Positions 61,801-64,000 of a stretch of DNA of 64,000 nucleotides are shown in pieces. Source of the stretch: Bacteroidia bacterium (GTDB taxonomy: Bacteria; Bacteroidota; Bacteroidia; UKL13-3); NCBI GenBank assembly GCA_049318585.1, contig JBMOGB010000001.1:62851-126850 (forward strand). The letters run 5' to 3'. The translations under genes were made by a program, and so were the position numbers. Below the pieces are notes generated by a model. It worked only from the letters and a program-made list of their open reading frames with translations, ran no database searches and was not told where the DNA came from. Numbering within the stretch: position 1 is the stretch's first letter; each line of letters starts with the position of its first letter.

Positions 61801-62569
61801 AAATAAAGGGCAAATATGTTATAAGGATATTGAGTGTTATGAATTCGTAAAATATGGAGCTGATGGGGCATTAATTACTGGTCAACAATATGACGGATAT
61901 CCAGAAATTCATGCTGGTATATTTGTAAACAATAAAGCTGTTATATTTAATTCATCAGACGCTAATAATTTAAATAAAAGTAAACAAATGGATATTTTTT
62001 CAATAAAAGAAGATTGGTCAGATTTATTAAATACACAACCTTTACCAAATGGCATATATTACTCAAATATAAATGAAAACGCTTTGGATGCTCGTTTGCC
62101 ATACGGAACTGATTTTGGAAGAAAACACCAGCTAGTAATTCCAATAAATATTGATGACTTTGTTAGATTAGTTGGAATTCAAATACCAATATATTTATAT
62201 AATAACTCTACTAGTATGTCAGCATTTGAAGCATCTTGTTCTTTAGTTATATCAAATACCGTTGATGAGCCAGCAAGAATAGAATGTGCTGAAGGGTCTT
62301 CAGCTCCATTATTTTTGGATAAATGGGAATATTATTTTAAATCTTTTGCATCAACAGGACAAACAGGCTTGCACACATTTGACCATCCAACTTTATCATC
62401 CAAGAATATATGGCTTACTCCAAAAAGAAATACATCAATTAACGATTATACCACTCCATCATCTAAAGCATATATTGTTTTAGCAATGACAGCTGCTGGA
62501 GTAGCTTCATATCCAGACACAAGCGTATATTTCGCCATTCCTTATGCCCGGATCGCTTTTACTTATTAA
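58847..62569 (+). CDS. tailspike/tail fibre with right-handed parallel beta-helix (PbH1-type) repeats
   Basis: SD-like atgaggcaaa lies upstream. 1240 aa with many I.(G/N)N.I-type coils (ITGNKIKAADN, ISGNTISKF, IHDNKIALNN, ITNNIITHYD, IKGNNIKGLG, ITGNIIYSDSG). Confidence 0.7.
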   Translation: MVNNRRIENPGRLVTYRSDFEGHWQGDNFRHTADDIDMNPALVYAPPVPPATTVQGTLENLLGLINNGNDFVSIGDGNISNGSYTVNAGYTTIETAFDAAIAALRFSASGGIILLKSGHYNFTNTVVLPAGISVIGEIGGTMINAVADNPIFQVEESPNFPINLTPTVICADGYRISKFQNLTFFDNYGQNSAVLTATNSCFLLLNQGSNVEIDKCSFFGKFSGPGSSTTITRQVLRLNVAVTNYNTILSFKNSTVFSTQQILKFNPDLTKDNRLTFSNNRVWCSGVIDGVLLTDTSLIPLYGCNSEFCNNDITFGLSSTAQAVKVFAYCYSNPQTLCTMIITGNKIKAADNTLIDQNSLFSTIGGVDAGKNIRSVITGNTCPSSNDSNSWYLVVGDGTNSIGDINGPKALSYIYEYYKQENDSGNKFHGQITIFVRYGEYTVVDGSFTTEATNFNFKLIGLPENGNLPVITFNFTAPTINGQNIFLGSHIENISFRANNKFYNICPTDYFTDPNPGAPFAKYITVKNCSFKNCGILLQSNANIINSDCKGLVNFENCRFDIGETLLNISNTNKTAISCLLSNYKLIINSCYTQIDTSFGSFLKVIPLYSPFTFNNDIEIKNCIIYSKGQGSDALLLLYGIRSIIVENNIFDISKATTSALASIIQATAFINNFNEPLFAAHNNKFIQAAAGTTSLFALNLKGFSKIDISNNIYKNCALANFIDMNISAIGFPPSSIIYPYNINVSDNLYVSFVNSYGFLSIRGGDSTDVAGTINVCNNTIDMSLKAEACNRYNDLLNYYNGNITGVIGIDLTDSDINISGNTISKFKTNQTDVMESLIYCLKYKNANIHDNKIALNNLALSRKIYSIYVSKTDPLTPYTSNNDSISITNNIITHYDAILSDYGIYAQYTKFVNIKGNNIKGLGGSLKNFITAFGDNTDNGANIGEITGNIIYSDSGTHENNSAIVYTNPDWTVPFNFIKLTVNKNKGQICYKDIECYEFVKYGADGALITGQQYDGYPEIHAGIFVNNKAVIFNSSDANNLNKSKQMDIFSIKEDWSDLLNTQPLPNGIYYSNINENALDARLPYGTDFGRKHQLVIPINIDDFVRLVGIQIPIYLYNNSTSMSAFEASCSLVISNTVDEPARIECAEGSSAPLFLDKWEYYFKSFASTGQTGLHTFDHPTLSSKNIWLTPKRNTSINDYTTPSSKAYIVLAMTAAGVASYPDTSVYFAIPYARIAFTY

Positions 62570-62576
62570 GGATTAG

Positions 62577-63566
62577 ATGACATCATATCCAACAGAAAAA
62601 GATGCAACAAGTTATTTTTCAGTTATCGATGGCAGCACCAGCGTAAATGCTGCATTGTTTGGAAAGTTTTCTAGTGCAATCTTAGCAATCGAAAATGAAC
62701 TTGGTATTAAACCATCTAATCAATATTCAGATGTAAGGCAAAGACTTGATAGAATGGAGCTTGGTCTTGGTACATTAAATAATTATAGTGGGTCACATTC
62801 TATAACAGTCGCAACTCATTATTTATTAAATTGGATTAGTCCTGAAATTACTTTGCCAGATTCTTCTATTGAAGTATTGCTAAAAATAATTGGACAAGTT
62901 CCAATGAACTTACGAAATGAAGCTGGATTTCCAGATGGATATGGTGCTTTATATTTTGTAAATAGATTTTATGTAGATAATGATATTGATAATTTTAAAA
63001 TATCATTATGGGAAGTAACTCATGCGCCAATAGAACTAAATTCATATACCTTTACAACTCCTGGCGAACATACCTATTCTGTTTTATTAGGTTTATCATT
63101 AGTAAATTCAGATAGAATTTATGAAATAAGAGCTAGCCAAACATCTTCTGCTATAATTCCAACTGAAATAAATTCTGTTTTTTGGCATTCTAGACTGCTA
63201 TTCCTTGCAAGTGGAATATTTGATGGGGGATTACCAGCTACAGAACTTAAATATATTACAACTACATTTGCATTTACGGATGTATATAATCTTTATAAAA
63301 ATATAGGAACTATTGAAACACAAAGCATGGTACAATCAGTAGCCATTATTATAGATACCCCATTCAATGGACCAACAGAAATAACAATTGGAGACGCTAC
63401 AAATAATGACATTCTAATGAATGCAACTGAAAATATTCCTTCAGCAACTGATACTTACAGAAACAATAGTGATTATGAATATACAGTATCAACACCAATT
63501 AATATTTATTTTCCAGTTGGAACTCCAACAGTTGGAAGCGGTACAGTAATAGTTTATTATCACTAA
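62577..63566 (+). CDS. putative tail fibre/structural protein
   Basis: 329-aa ORF, 7 nt after the tailspike stop. Beta-rich Thr/Ser/Asn composition. Confidence 0.5.
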   Translation: MTSYPTEKDATSYFSVIDGSTSVNAALFGKFSSAILAIENELGIKPSNQYSDVRQRLDRMELGLGTLNNYSGSHSITVATHYLLNWISPEITLPDSSIEVLLKIIGQVPMNLRNEAGFPDGYGALYFVNRFYVDNDIDNFKISLWEVTHAPIELNSYTFTTPGEHTYSVLLGLSLVNSDRIYEIRASQTSSAIIPTEINSVFWHSRLLFLASGIFDGGLPATELKYITTTFAFTDVYNLYKNIGTIETQSMVQSVAIIIDTPFNGPTEITIGDATNNDILMNATENIPSATDTYRNNSDYEYTVSTPINIYFPVGTPTVGSGTVIVYYH

Positions 63567-63578
63567 TAGGGAGATATT

Positions 63579-64000
63579 ATGATAAATGTTGGAACAATGA
63601 GAGCTTGGTATGCGTCTGGTTCATATTATGTTTATTGGCCAGTTACACAAATATTAGATCCAATATCAGAATATCCTGGCGGGTCATATCCTTCAATATT
63701 AGGACTTTCTGATTTTACATTACTTAATTATTTTATATCAATTGCTAATTCAAATGATTGTGCTGCTGGTGTTGTAACTGTTGGTAAAACTGGATTATTA
63801 AGTGCTGGTATTGACGGATATTTGCTAACTAATCTATCAGAATCAAGCAATGAAGATTTCTTAGCATTCCTTCCAACTTCAGATGGTCGTTTGGCAAATA
63901 TGAGAGTTAGTATGTCATCACCTCCATCTTCTGGTAAAAGTATAACTTTTATTATTAGGAAAAATAATGTTGATACTTCTTTATCTGCTACTATTAGTGG
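63579..64000 (+). CDS. putative structural protein (3' partial)
   Basis: SD tagggagat precedes ATG 63579. The frame is open to the window end (MINVGTMRAWYASGSYYVYWPVTQ...). Not in the supplied track because no stop is reached. Confidence 0.5.
   Translation, partial: MINVGTMRAWYASGSYYVYWPVTQILDPISEYPGGSYPSILGLSDFTLLNYFISIANSNDCAAGVVTVGKTGLLSAGIDGYLLTNLSESSNEDFLAFLPTSDGRLANMRVSMSSPPSSGKSITFIIRKNNVDTSLSATIS

Overview
Very AT-rich, almost gap-free coding DNA. Genes are led by Shine-Dalgarno-like AAAGG/AGGAG boxes. Recognisable products include an HK97-fold major capsid protein, an HK97/S78-type prohead protease fused to a scaffold-like region, a beta-helix tailspike, an M23 peptidase and peptidoglycan-binding proteins. 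I read this as part of the morphogenesis region of a large (probably jumbo) tailed bacteriophage, not cellular or NCLDV DNA.

The structural backbone genes are visibly GC-richer (for example 31/60 G+C at 24001-24060). They are separated by extremely AT-rich accessory DNA (6/60 G+C at 12301-12360). That accessory DNA contains:
- eight members of a Zn-ribbon-array plus Vsr/DUF559-like endonuclease family;
- GIY-YIG, LAGLIDADG and HNH-repeat homing-endonuclease-like genes clustered around the capsid gene;
- two orphan methyltransferases;
- guaC-like and fcl auxiliary genes;
- an RNA/tRNA-directed enzyme island (DUF2156-like protein, methyltransferase, HD, two GNATs, class-II CCA/poly(A) nucleotidyltransferase, NifS-like desulfurase, Csp);
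- several multi-copy paralogue families.

The most unusual signals are:
1. A short conserved N-terminal leader (KAI-x-K-[ILF]-A, as in MFIIKAIDIFYKLA) on at least 14 otherwise unrelated proteins. It is repeated as a 47-nt cassette in front of adjacent genes. It is a candidate capsid-targeting or propeptide signal.
2. Two homopolymer frameshift sites (A9 at 3707-3715; A AAA AAA at 45181-45188), each supported by an unsplit paralogue.
3. A decaying tandem duplication array that contains a J-domain gene and its multiply lesioned pseudogene.
4. Mosaic perfect-identity blocks (501 nt and 184 nt) in tandem HEAT/LRV-repeat genes, with a third inverted copy.

No tRNA, rRNA or CRISPR array was found. 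All homology calls come from motifs read by eye; no database search was run.
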